Under the pieces are notes generated by a model, which worked only from the letters and a program-made list of their open reading frames with translations, was not told the origin of the DNA and did not search any database. A stretch of 64,000 bases of DNA from an uncultured cyanobacterium (lineage in GTDB: Bacteria; Cyanobacteriota; Cyanobacteriia; Cyanobacteriales; CAWCAG01): NCBI GenBank assembly GCA_963803805.1, contig CAWDOD010000003.1, positions 384,001 to 448,000 on the forward strand, read 5' to 3'. The position numbers and the translations under genes were made by a program. Shown here piece after piece: positions 20,990 through 30,922 of this stretch. How positions within the stretch are numbered: the first letter of the stretch is position 1; the number at the start of each line of letters is the position of its first letter.

Positions 20990-21058
20990 TGGGTTAAGTT
21001 CAAAAGCCAGGGAAAAAGGGGGAAATGTTCATGTTTAATGATAAATGTTCAATGATAT

Positions 21059-22564
21059 TTAGCCAAACCAAGCTACATCTAAATAATTAATCCGGGCAAA
21101 AGGTTCTAAAGCCGCTAAAACTTCGCTGCCGTAGCTACGGTGGTTAACTCTATTGTCTAACAGCGCCACCCCTCCACCTGCTTCCCTAACAGGGATTACA
21201 GCCAATTGTAACTCCCTTACTGCCTCTGGTAAAAGATAGAGACGAAACCAATCTTGACGTTGACTTTTATAGTAAGCAACTCGACTAGCTACCAGGGGAT
21301 TTTCCAAAGAAGGAATAGGTAAGGTAGCAATTACAAAGAGTTGGGGAGTCGGTAATTTATCTTGATAGTTACGCCAGAACTCCCAACCGCAAACCAAAAT
21401 ACTATCGTCCTGGCATGACCGAAAAACTGTCTTTTCAACCTGAACCTTAGAACCAAACTCTGAAGCTAAAATGGTGGCAATTTGCGCTTTTAAAGGTACA
21501 TCACCAATAAGAATAACAATAGGTTTTTGTAAGTTACTACTTAAGCTAACTAAAGCCCTAACTTGGTGGGTTAAAGCATATTGATACTGAGGATTATTAG
21601 GTAAGGGTAAGCGTTCTGGCAAATAAAGGGGTAGTTCTCGATAGCGGTTGGGGGGAAATTTCAAACAGGTTAAATCCCCTAAACCAACTCTTTGGCGATA
21701 AGCTTCAGCTTGGGTATCCCGATCTAAGGCTTTACCAATAAGAATAAAGGGTTGTTGCGGCCAAACCTGGCTAAGCATGGGGGCCACCGAACCTGGTGCG
21801 ACGTGGAGAGTAAATTGACCTTTTTCTCTTATAACAAAAGTCCGTAGCATCTGATTATCACTTTGCCAACGCTGCCAAAATTGCTGAATTTTGCTAGGTA
21901 ACTGTTGCCAAGAAGCTAAGTTGGTTAATAAATTTCTTAAGCTTTCTTCCTCTTCACTATCCAATAAATAGCATTCATAGGGATTTTGGGGGCGAGAGAA
22001 AATCGCTTTGGTAAGCTGAATCCTTACATTACGAATTTGGTCAACCTGGGCTGTATAGTGAACCATTAATTCTTCCCATTCCTGGCTACCGAGATAATGG
22101 CTTAGTTGCTGACGAGTTAATTCTTCTAATTCGTTACCACCATCAATGAGGGTAGGAATATTTTTTGGAAAACGTCCTTGATTGTGGAGGCGATCTTCTA
22201 GCCAAGAAGAAATAGTTGTGAGTAAAATTCCTGAGAAATCATCTGTTTCTAACCAGCGATCGCTCTTTTTAAATTCTCGTTCTGTTTCTAACCAGGCTTG
22301 CAAAGGAGGAATAACTTCTTCAATTAATCTCTGTTGTTCTTGAGATGTAGTAACTAAGATAACTGGACTGTTCCACAATAAAGCATTGGTGAGGTAACTT
22401 AAAGCATATTGCTCTGGGGTAGTTCCTGTTTGGATCAAGGCAGGACGACCTAAACGTAAGGCTCGTGCTACTAATCTAGCCATGGTTAAATAGTGAGGCC
22501 AATTAGATTCACCTCGCTGGCGTAAAAAACCCCGTAGGGAAGAATGAACTTGTACCTCGATCAC
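21059..22564 (-). CDS. DinG/YoaA-like helicase C-terminal domain protein, degenerate ATPase motifs
   Basis: HYLTMARLVARAL, ATLPIPSLENPLV and VALLDNRVNHRSYG motifs; no intact Walker A or DEAH. Confidence 0.75.
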   Translation of the reverse strand: MIEVQVHSSLRGFLRQRGESNWPHYLTMARLVARALRLGRPALIQTGTTPEQYALSYLTNALLWNSPVILVTTSQEQQRLIEEVIPPLQAWLETEREFKKSDRWLETDDFSGILLTTISSWLEDRLHNQGRFPKNIPTLIDGGNELEELTRQQLSHYLGSQEWEELMVHYTAQVDQIRNVRIQLTKAIFSRPQNPYECYLLDSEEEESLRNLLTNLASWQQLPSKIQQFWQRWQSDNQMLRTFVIREKGQFTLHVAPGSVAPMLSQVWPQQPFILIGKALDRDTQAEAYRQRVGLGDLTCLKFPPNRYRELPLYLPERLPLPNNPQYQYALTHQVRALVSLSSNLQKPIVILIGDVPLKAQIATILASEFGSKVQVEKTVFRSCQDDSILVCGWEFWRNYQDKLPTPQLFVIATLPIPSLENPLVASRVAYYKSQRQDWFRLYLLPEAVRELQLAVIPVREAGGGVALLDNRVNHRSYGSEVLAALEPFARINYLDVAWFG

Positions 22565-22702
22565 TTTTGTTCCTAGTCATTAACTTGCTCCACTATTAAT
22601 TTATGCACATCACCATAGCAATTGCAGCGAAGCATAATCGATAACTGAATTATTGATCAATTGATCATTGATATCTGTTCGGCTTGTCGTTGCCCCTAGA
22701 CA

Positions 22703-24103
22703 TCATTGATTAACTGACTCTGGTTCTGGGGAATCAAACTCTTTGATAAAATCAATAGCTGTGCTTAAAGAGGGTACTTTCCCTCCTTCAGTGACTCCAT
22801 TCGCCTTAACAGGTTCTTCTTGGGCGACAGAACCCCTTAACCAACGTTTGCCAAAGTGGGGATGGCGATAAAGATCCATTTTCTGGGAACTAGAGTTGGT
22901 AAGAATTATATGGGTAGGAGCTTGAAAAAAACTAGCGCTTTGGGCTAATAGTGAGTCTAGTCGGTGTACTTTAACTGATTTCAAAGTTCTGATAACCTGA
23001 ATTAAAGTTTTGCTTAGTTGCTGCATACCTTGGCGCTTTTTTTGATTAACTTGCTCAGGGTTATGAGATTGTAAGTTGTGGACGATGCCAATTAAATTGT
23101 GTCGAGCAGCGATCGCATCGCTAAAGGGAAAAACGGCTAGATAAGCAATAGTAAATAGTTGATCGTTGCTATCAACCCGAAATTTTAAAGTGGTTTTACG
23201 CCCTTTAAGTTCAATGGTGGGGGGATGACTTAAACCCGGATAAACCAAGGAAATTTGTCGATAGATTGCGGCTAAGGCGAGATTAGCATCAAAATCCAAA
23301 TGAGCGTCAATATTAATTTGAACTGTGGGTAAAGTTTCTTCAAAGAAACTATGAATTGTTTCTGGGGTGAATTTATGAATTTGAGAGCGATCGCCCCCAG
23401 AACTTAAATCAACCCATTCACAGACTAAACTTTCGGTTTTCAGCCCAAAACGGGAAGCCCCATAAAGCTTGGCTCCGGTTAAAGTGGCCCCTGTCAAGTC
23501 AGCACCAATCCAATCTGCTTCCATTAAATTAGCTTGGGTAAGATTGGCATGAACTAAACTGGTGTTGCGTAAGTTAGCATTGCTCAAGTTTGCTCCCACC
23601 AAATTGGCCCCACTCAACTTAGCCCCTTGCAAATCTGCCCAACTTAAATCTGCTCCTTGTAAATCTGCCCAGCGTAAATTAGCCCCTCTGAGGTCAGAAC
23701 CACTTAGTTTCGCTCGATTCAAAGCTGTTTGGCGCAATTCTGCCCCTCTGAGGTTAGTAGAGATTAATTCGCTACGACGTAGGTTGGCTCCATTGAGGTT
23801 AGCCTTTTCTAAATTAGCGCGATTGAGACAAGCCCCTTGAAGATTGGCTTGGCTTAAGCTACTATAGCTCAGGTTGGCATCGGATAAATCTGCACTATTG
23901 CTAATTCTGGCCACATTGAGTTGAGCATAGCTGAGGTTAGCACGCTTTAAAATCGCTCCGCTTAAGTTAGCAGCATTTAAGTTAGCTTGGGTTAGATTTG
24001 CACCACTGAGGTTTATGCTGCTCAAGTTCGCCTCTCTGAGGTCAACGGCGGTAAAATCCCTGATACCAGAAGTATATCTCTTCGTAAGTTCTGTAACTCT
24101 CAT
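22703..24103 (-). CDS. Pentapeptide repeat protein with C-terminal domain
   Basis: About 200 aa of A(N/D)LxX repeats after a YTSGIRDF cap. Confidence 0.92.
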   Translation of the reverse strand: MRVTELTKRYTSGIRDFTAVDLREANLSSINLSGANLTQANLNAANLSGAILKRANLSYAQLNVARISNSADLSDANLSYSSLSQANLQGACLNRANLEKANLNGANLRRSELISTNLRGAELRQTALNRAKLSGSDLRGANLRWADLQGADLSWADLQGAKLSGANLVGANLSNANLRNTSLVHANLTQANLMEADWIGADLTGATLTGAKLYGASRFGLKTESLVCEWVDLSSGGDRSQIHKFTPETIHSFFEETLPTVQINIDAHLDFDANLALAAIYRQISLVYPGLSHPPTIELKGRKTTLKFRVDSNDQLFTIAYLAVFPFSDAIAARHNLIGIVHNLQSHNPEQVNQKKRQGMQQLSKTLIQVIRTLKSVKVHRLDSLLAQSASFFQAPTHIILTNSSSQKMDLYRHPHFGKRWLRGSVAQEEPVKANGVTEGGKVPSLSTAIDFIKEFDSPEPESVNQ

Positions 24104-24279
24104 TAAAATTTCTCTTTAAACAATTGCAAAAATTGCAAGTTGGTTTTAGATCGGACGATACCTCCTAGCTAAGATTTATGGTCTGGACAACTAATGAGCA
24201 GAATTTAGATAAGCTATTTTTATCTACAGGTAGTGTAAACAGAATTCCCAAAAGGGCTTTTCTATAAGCAAGGGTAAAA

Positions 24280-25131
24280 ATGAAGGTAGGAATCGTTGGT
24301 TTAGGCTTAATTGGTGGCTCATTAGGGCTAGACTTGCGATCGCTAGGTTTTCAGGTTTTAGGAATCTCTCGTCGAGAAAAAACCTGTCGGCAAGCTTTAG
24401 ATCAGAAGATAGTAGATGAGGCTAGTGTGAGTTTGAGCCTCTTGAGAAAAGCCGAGCTTGTCTTCGTTTGTACTCCTATCGCTGCGATCGCCACTACCGT
24501 AGAACAGTTGGTTCCCTATCTTAATGCCGACGCTATCATTACTGATGTTGGTTCGGTTAAGATGCCAATTATAGAACCTTGTTCGCAATTATGGGCTAAT
24601 TTTGTGGGGGGACATCCCATGGCAGGGACGGCTGAACAAGGCATCAGCGCAGCACAAAAGCAGTTGTTTTCTGGTGCAGCTTACGTTTTAACCCCCAATG
24701 CAAGAACCTCTTGGACTGCGGTGCAAAGAGTTCAAGAAATTGCTAAACTACTGGGGGCAAAAACTTATATTTGTCCCCCAGAAATCCATGATAAAGCGGT
24801 GGCTTGGATTTCTCATCTACCTTTGATAGTAAGTGCAGGTTTAATCGCCTCTTGTGTGGCGGAAGCAGACCCAAAAGTGTTAGAGTTAGCTAGGAATTTA
24901 GCTAGTTCTGGATTTCGAGATACTAGTAGGGTAGGAGGAGGTAATCCAGAATTAGGCTTAATGATTGCTAATTACAATCGCCAAGCCCTGCTGCGATCAC
25001 TTTATCAATATCGCCACAGTTTAAACTCTATAATAGAAAATATAGAACAAGAAGATTGGGTGCATTTGGAAGAATTCTTGGCTTTAACAAAGAAAGAAAG
25101 GCCTTCATTTATCAAGAATCCTTCTCAGTAA
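24280..25131 (+). CDS. tyrA: Prephenate/arogenate dehydrogenase
   Basis: GLGLIGGS, TDVGSVK, GGHPMAG, ISHLP and GFRDTSRVGGGNP motifs. Confidence 0.94.
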   Translation: MKVGIVGLGLIGGSLGLDLRSLGFQVLGISRREKTCRQALDQKIVDEASVSLSLLRKAELVFVCTPIAAIATTVEQLVPYLNADAIITDVGSVKMPIIEPCSQLWANFVGGHPMAGTAEQGISAAQKQLFSGAAYVLTPNARTSWTAVQRVQEIAKLLGAKTYICPPEIHDKAVAWISHLPLIVSAGLIASCVAEADPKVLELARNLASSGFRDTSRVGGGNPELGLMIANYNRQALLRSLYQYRHSLNSIIENIEQEDWVHLEEFLALTKKERPSFIKNPSQ

Positions 25132-25390
25132 GTTTGAGGGTACTATCTACTGCTCCAAATATTTTCCACAAAAGTATTTTTTTACTTGTTAGGGTGTTGT
25201 CACAATTTCTCTGACAGAAACCTAGCAAAAGAGTCATCAGGTTCTTTTTTCTTCTTGCTAATTCATCTACTTAAAAAAACTAATTTTCCAACATTTTATT
25301 AAATCTGGAAAATCTAGTTATGATAATGAATCTAAGCCATATAGATATAGTTTTTTTGACTTTTTCGAGAAATTTGAGGAAACAGAGCCA

Positions 25391-26044
25391 GTGAGAATCT
25401 CTACTTTTACACTATCAATTAAAAAAGCTATTCCTGTTAATAAAGCCAGCAAAGATAACCAAAAAATGGTAGCCGGCTACTTTTTAAGTATATCTAACTT
25501 AGCCAACCGAGATTTCAGACTAAGAATTGAGTTTACTTTAACCCAACTAAGTTTGCCTTCTGAACAAGCTAATTTTGAAGGGAAAGCTATTTTGGCCTGT
25601 GATTTAACAGGAAACATTACTTATCTTTCTTTAAATCAATCTCCTACCAACAAAAATAAGTATAGTAGTTATTTTACGATTCCTGCTAAAGAAACAATTT
25701 CTATTGAGCTACTTCCTGAACTCAGCAATAACCTACCCAATTACAACGGTGATTTAGAAGCAAGTGGCTTTGTATCTTTGTTATTGCCAGCTAATCTCAA
25801 TTTCTCAACTCGTCGCGTAGAGTCCCAAAGTCAAACTCCGGTGGAGTTCATCTTACATCCAGAAATACGCAGCGCAGTTATTCAAACTGATGAAGCTATC
25901 AAAAGTCCGGCTCATCTTAACTTTAACAAAGTGGTTTCTACCCTATCAACTACAAATGAGAACCCCTTAGTTTGTTTGGAACCAGAACCCGGTTATCCCC
26001 TCTTTTTTGAGCCAGATATTATTGCTAATATTTCTTTACCTTAG
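25391..26044 (+). CDS. Hypothetical protein
   Basis: 217-aa ORF, GTG start after GAGG; beta-rich (GYFLSISNL); no recognised family. Confidence 0.6.
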   Translation: MRISTFTLSIKKAIPVNKASKDNQKMVAGYFLSISNLANRDFRLRIEFTLTQLSLPSEQANFEGKAILACDLTGNITYLSLNQSPTNKNKYSSYFTIPAKETISIELLPELSNNLPNYNGDLEASGFVSLLLPANLNFSTRRVESQSQTPVEFILHPEIRSAVIQTDEAIKSPAHLNFNKVVSTLSTTNENPLVCLEPEPGYPLFFEPDIIANISLP

Positions 26045-26146
26045 AGAATTTAGAGAATAGGGAATAGGAAATACAGACCACTACTCCCTACCTCCATAAA
26101 TAACCTGTGTAACTAGAACGGATTTGGTATAAGAATAGCTATAGTC

Positions 26147-26632
26147 TTAAACAAGAATAGTAAACTCAAGTACATCATAATCATTACCCCGGAGTACAGA
26201 CTCAGTTTGTTTGCCTCTAAGTCGCTTGTTTAAAAAAGCTTCCAATATTCCTTGAATAGCTCCTAAAGTATAAGTACATTGGCGAGAAGAACCTTCTTCT
26301 TCAGCAAAAGAACAAACGGTTTCTTTCGCATAAACTTTGTATACTCCTCCTTCAACAATTATTTCATCAACAATGCAAAGACGAGTCCCTTCTTTACCTA
26401 AAGCCTTGTTTACTAATAATTGAATATCTGCCAGACTTTTTTCTTGTTCTTGATCTACTAAACCTAGTTCTTTGGCTAAAGTTTTACCCCTTTGGCGACC
26501 GGCAGAAATCATGGCGATCGCCGCGGCTTTTGCTCCTAATGCTTCTTCAACACCAGTGATAATTGCTTTGAGGCAAACTACGCTACTAAAATGGCCTAAT
26601 TCTTTTCTTAATGATTTTTGAGCGACGGACAT
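26147..26632 (-). CDS. V4R-like (hydrocarbon-binding) domain protein
   Basis: AGRQRGKTLA helix, ETVCS and CTYTLGAIQGILE motifs; GAGG RBS. Confidence 0.72.
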   Translation of the reverse strand: MSVAQKSLRKELGHFSSVVCLKAIITGVEEALGAKAAAIAMISAGRQRGKTLAKELGLVDQEQEKSLADIQLLVNKALGKEGTRLCIVDEIIVEGGVYKVYAKETVCSFAEEEGSSRQCTYTLGAIQGILEAFLNKRLRGKQTESVLRGNDYDVLEFTILV

Positions 26633-26685
26633 ATTATTTCCTCTTCAATTGTTGAGTTTGCTGGTATTTTGGTAGTAAGCTATAA

Positions 26686-27540
26686 CTAAACTTTGTTACG
26701 TAAAAAGCCTACTAAGTTATTCAAAAAAGATTCACTAATATCTTGAGTTGAGTCTGTTTTAGCCACCGCTGATTGCATTGCTTCTACTTGAGAATTTTGG
26801 ACTGTGTTATCTAGGGATAGCAGAGGTAATTCTTCTACTAAACCTACTACGATTAAGCGAAAAGCAATTTGCTGTACCTGGGCAATACTTAGCTTAAGCT
26901 GTTGGCTTATTTCCTTTAAGGAGGTAGCGCCATCAGTAAATTCCCAAACCTGCCATTCTAGTTGGTTAATACGGACTTTAGGCTTACCTTCAATTTGGCT
27001 GAACAAAGCTGAAGTAGATTCAGGGAGTTTATCTTGGAGATTTGACCAATCTTTGAGGGCCCGTAAACCGGCTAAGGTAACTTCTGTAGCTGGGGTACTT
27101 AAACCTGTCATTTCTGCCCAAGGTAAGGACGCTTGGTTATCAAACTCAAAGTTACCGTTGGCATAGGTAAATAAAGCGCAAACTTGGCGCAAAACCTGTA
27201 CAGAAAAGAGAATTTTTAACTGTTCTGGTTGCAATATTCCTTGGGATTTAAGCTGCAAACCTAAAGGAATATCCGCAGATAAATTTTGACTTAGTTGAGA
27301 AGCTATCTCCTTGTTTAACCAACCACGTTTATGAATTGAAGAAAGCAAACCGTTACCATCCAAACGGTTAGCAGCACCCATAATACGACCTTGACGGAAC
27401 CAAACATAGTGACTTTGGATGACTCCTGACTCAAAGTTTGGTAGGGCGCGAATAGTTAGCAGTCCTGTTTTGTTACCTCTATCGAGAAACTGAAACAACT
27501 CTGCTAAGGAAAATTCTGATAAATATCCAGTAATAGCCAT
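26686..27540 (-). CDS. DUF4388/PATAN-domain protein with C-terminal wHTH-like segment
   Basis: GYLSEFSLAELFQFL...KTGLLTI; EWQVWEFTDG..SLKEISQQL..FRLIVVGLVEE. Confidence 0.85.
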   Translation of the reverse strand: MAITGYLSEFSLAELFQFLDRGNKTGLLTIRALPNFESGVIQSHYVWFRQGRIMGAANRLDGNGLLSSIHKRGWLNKEIASQLSQNLSADIPLGLQLKSQGILQPEQLKILFSVQVLRQVCALFTYANGNFEFDNQASLPWAEMTGLSTPATEVTLAGLRALKDWSNLQDKLPESTSALFSQIEGKPKVRINQLEWQVWEFTDGATSLKEISQQLKLSIAQVQQIAFRLIVVGLVEELPLLSLDNTVQNSQVEAMQSAVAKTDSTQDISESFLNNLVGFLRNKV

Positions 27541-27551
27541 GATCTTTCTAA

Positions 27552-28091
27552 CTACACCAAGGTTTTTTGCCTCAACTGCTGTACTAAAGCAATTATTGCT
27601 TGTGCTACCGAAGCAGCCTCATTAGCATTGACTTTGATTATGGGTGGGCGTTGACTTTCTTCTGGCAATCCCAAAGCAACAGCAATATTATCTTCTTGCC
27701 ATGCCCCTTGACAGTCACTATGGGTAATACCGATAATCATCGGGACTTGAGTGCGTTGATTCATGAAACTCATGATTCGCCGGGCATAACGAAATTCATT
27801 AGGACGATGGGCAGCTACTAAAAGAATATAAGCATGGGCTTTTTGAATGAGAATATCCCACATAAAGTTAAATCTTGCTTGTCCAGGTGTACCGTAAAGA
27901 TGCAGTGCCATATCTAGCCCAAACTGCAACCGACCAAAGTCAAAAGCGACAGTGGTTTGAGGTTTGATACTGGTGGTTTCGTCAGTAGCTTTTCTATCGG
28001 TATCTACTACTTCAATCTCACTAACAGAACGAATGAAGCTAGATTTTCCCGCTCCTACAGGCCCTGTAACGACCAAGCGCATTATTTCCAT
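27552..28091 (-). CDS. MglA/CvnD-like small GTPase
   Basis: G1 GPVGAGKS, G2 TTVAFDFG, G3 YGTPGQARF, atypical G4 THSD. ATG at 28091 preferred over the TTG at 28118. Confidence 0.88.
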   Translation of the reverse strand: MEIMRLVVTGPVGAGKSSFIRSVSEIEVVDTDRKATDETTSIKPQTTVAFDFGRLQFGLDMALHLYGTPGQARFNFMWDILIQKAHAYILLVAAHRPNEFRYARRIMSFMNQRTQVPMIIGITHSDCQGAWQEDNIAVALGLPEESQRPPIIKVNANEAASVAQAIIALVQQLRQKTLV

Positions 28092-28136
28092 GAGTTTGTT
28101 GGCGTAGGCAGTTATCAATTAATTAATGATTGACCC

Positions 28137-28508
28137 TTACATTAAGGCTGGTTTTATTTCGGTAATTGCTCGCTTGATTTCTAGCATTAGTACCCCTTGT
28201 TTAGCAGCTTTGTTGGCTAGGACTAAGAAAACTGCATCTTCGCCACAACTAGTTAAGATGCCGTAGCCGGCATCTCCTTCAACATAGATTCTGTCCACCA
28301 CACCTCGATGTAGTTCACTGGAGATTCTTTCACCTAATGACAGCATTGCCGCAGACATAGCGGAAACCCTTTCTTCATCCATGCTGCCCGGTAAAATTGT
28401 TGCTAAGGGTAAGCCATCGGGGGTTACTAAGGCTGCACCAACAACATCGTTGGTGGCAGTGACAAAGTTTTGAATAATACTGCCTAATTTTTCTGTATTA
28501 ATTGCCAT
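28137..28508 (-). CDS. Roadblock/LC7 (MglB-like) protein
   Basis: GAALVTPDGLPLA, EERVSAMSAAMLSLG and VEGDAGY motifs. Confidence 0.92.
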   Translation of the reverse strand: MAINTEKLGSIIQNFVTATNDVVGAALVTPDGLPLATILPGSMDEERVSAMSAAMLSLGERISSELHRGVVDRIYVEGDAGYGILTSCGEDAVFLVLANKAAKQGVLMLEIKRAITEIKPALM

Positions 28509-29021
28509 AATTTTTCCCTTTTCTTCTTTGAAGTGAGACGCTAAGGTTTGAGAACTAAAGTTTAGGAAGAGAAGGAGTATTTTAATTCTATTCCAGAAAA
28601 GTTTGTTTGTAAAAACTCTTCTGAAATTCGATTTTTTCTAGCTGGTAAATCTGGAGATAATAACATGAACAAACCTCTTCTTTTGTACTATTTATTTTTC
28701 GTAGACCCTGAAAGCTAGTTTGAACGAATTAATTTGCTGGCTTCAACACATTTATTGGTTACATAACAAATTATTTTCTCTTTAACAAAAGGAAAAGTAA
28801 TGGTAGAAGCCTTGTTTTTTATGGTAATCTGGACTTCAGATAATATCAAGCTTATAAGCTTGATATTCCTTTTCTCTATTGTCTAACTATATACTTGAGA
28901 TATCCTACAGCGTTATTACTTATTTTCCGGAATGATATAAAAAGATTGCTTAATATAAGCAAAAGATAACCTTTAAGTGTCTTCTTTCTTACATTTACTG
29001 GTTAAAATGATTGTTTCAATA

Positions 29022-29750
29022 TCAGTTAGTAATAATTGAGTGCATCCCTAGAAAAATAAGGCATGGATTTACAAGTAATTTTTCTTTTAATGTAGGAAAC
29101 TGAGCTTTTAAATAAGTTGATAGCAATTCGCCCTCACCTCCAGTAAAAATAATCTGGCTGTGAGGAAATTTCTGCTGCCAATCCTGAATAAAATCGTAGA
29201 TGCCTGCTGTAAGAACATGAATAATACCACTAGCGATCGCCTCAGTTGTTTGTCGCGCCCACTTTGGTGGTATTTGGTTCGGTAATTGGATTTGAGGTAG
29301 GGCAGGAGTTTGTTGCTGCAAGGCTTTTAATTGTAGGCTTAACCCTGGTAAAATTGCGCCGCCGAGTAGTTCCCCTTTAGGGTTTGCACCGGTAAAAGTC
29401 AAGGCTGTTCCTCCATCAATAACTAAGATAGGAAAACCATAAATACAACCAGCCCCCCACAAAGCCAAGGCACGATCTAAGCCTAGGGTGGGATACATTC
29501 CCGAAAGAGGAACATCTTTTAAGGTAAGGAGTTTTTTGGGTTGATAGTGTTGCCACAAGTCCGTTTGAGGCGTAACCACAGAAGCGATGTATAAAGGTAG
29601 GGCAGCTAATTCTTCTGGCAATTGATTCTTCTCTACAGGTTGTTGTAGATGGGGAGTATGCCAGATTTGGTGTAAAGTGTTGTTTTTAAATAAAGCCCAA
29701 TGTAGTCTTGAGTTGCCAATGGCTAGGGCTAACCATTTATCATTTATCAT
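29022..29750 (-). CDS. coaX: Type III pantothenate kinase
   Basis: IGNSR, LGLDR, IDGGTALT, GGAILPG and TGG motifs. Confidence 0.92.
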   Translation of the reverse strand: MINDKWLALAIGNSRLHWALFKNNTLHQIWHTPHLQQPVEKNQLPEELAALPLYIASVVTPQTDLWQHYQPKKLLTLKDVPLSGMYPTLGLDRALALWGAGCIYGFPILVIDGGTALTFTGANPKGELLGGAILPGLSLQLKALQQQTPALPQIQLPNQIPPKWARQTTEAIASGIIHVLTAGIYDFIQDWQQKFPHSQIIFTGGEGELLSTYLKAQFPTLKEKLLVNPCLIFLGMHSIITN

Positions 29751-30057
29751 TTAACAGAAAATTATTAGTCAATCAACGAAGAATTAAATTGACAAGCTGT
29801 CACTCTGGTAATAATGCCTCCTTACATCTTTAGGGCTACCAAAGTTTCTTTTATTTAACCTTAAAAATATTAAAATCTGGTGCTTTTAGCACTGACGAAA
29901 TCTATACTTAAATTTAAAGCTATTATACAAGGTTTTCTGCCCTGCTCCCCCATGATAATTTGTTGAGATTGATGAGGAGACTGAATGACACTGGAGAGGA
30001 GGAAGTAATAAGTTTTGAATATACTGTTCCCCGTTCCCTATTCCCTGTTTCCTAATT

Positions 30058-30804
30058 ATGAAAATCACTCGAAACCACCAACAAATACTGCAAGATCCTC
30101 GCCGCAAAAGCCAGTTGCAAAAATTGGTGCAAAAGTTAGGATTAGCGAAAGATGCTCCGATTAACTGGTTTTTGCTGGATTTAGCTTTAACCCATCCTAG
30201 TTTGTCGGGGGAAGCTAATTATCAACAGTTAGAATTTATAGGTGATGCAGTAGTACGTTTAGCGGCTTCTGAGTTGTTGTGGGAAATTTATCCTGATGCT
30301 TCTGTGGGGGAGTTTTCTGCTATTCGTAAAGTATTAGTTAGCGATCGCACTTTAGCCAACTTTGCTCAGAGTTTGGGGGTGGAGCCTTATTTATTGGTGG
30401 GGGGGAGTGCTGTCAATAATAAAGGGGGCAGGATGTCCCGTTTGGCAGATGCTTTTGAAGCTATTTTAGCCGCACTCTATCTAAGTAGCCAGAGTATGGA
30501 GTTAATAAGGCCTTGGTTAGATCCTATACTTAAAGATTTAGCCACAGAAATTCGCAAAGATCCTGCTAGACAAAATTATAAGGATGCGTTGCAAGAATGG
30601 ACTCAAGCACAATACAAAATTCTGCCTGAATATCGAGTGACAGAAAACGAGAATTATCGAGTTGATGGAGAGCGTTTTGTTGCTGAAGTATGGTTACAAG
30701 AGCAGCTTTTGGGGAAAGGTAAGGGAAGTTCCAAAAAAGCTGCTGAAAAGGCTGCTGCAAAAGAGGCTTTTGTATCTTTTGTGTTAAATTCCCAAAAGGT
30801 ATAA
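30058..30804 (+). CDS. rnc: Ribonuclease III
   Basis: ALTHPS, QQLEFIGDAV, LADAFEA motifs; dsRBD with NYKDALQEW and SKKAAE. Confidence 0.93.
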   Translation: MKITRNHQQILQDPRRKSQLQKLVQKLGLAKDAPINWFLLDLALTHPSLSGEANYQQLEFIGDAVVRLAASELLWEIYPDASVGEFSAIRKVLVSDRTLANFAQSLGVEPYLLVGGSAVNNKGGRMSRLADAFEAILAALYLSSQSMELIRPWLDPILKDLATEIRKDPARQNYKDALQEWTQAQYKILPEYRVTENENYRVDGERFVAEVWLQEQLLGKGKGSSKKAAEKAAAKEAFVSFVLNSQKV

Positions 30805-30840
30805 GAGAGAGCCAAGAAAAGACTTATCCAAAAGCGATAA

Positions 30841-30922
30841 GCTAATGGCTAGTCGCTAGTTGCTAGTTGCTAGTTGCTAAAATCTTATACTTGGTGAGGA
30901 TATTTTATTTATTGAAGTTCTC
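30841..30922. repeat. Dispersed repeat, copy 2 (inverted relative to 6466-6540)
   Basis: TAGT(T/C)GC heptamers then TAAAATCTTATACTTGGTGAGGATATTTTATTTATTGAAGTTCTC. Confidence 0.9.

Noticed and set aside
29886-30107. 73-aa minus-strand ORF between coaX and rnc (checked as a possible ndhS)
   Set aside because: No NdhS-like sequence; it overlaps the rnc start and runs through a heptamer repeat.
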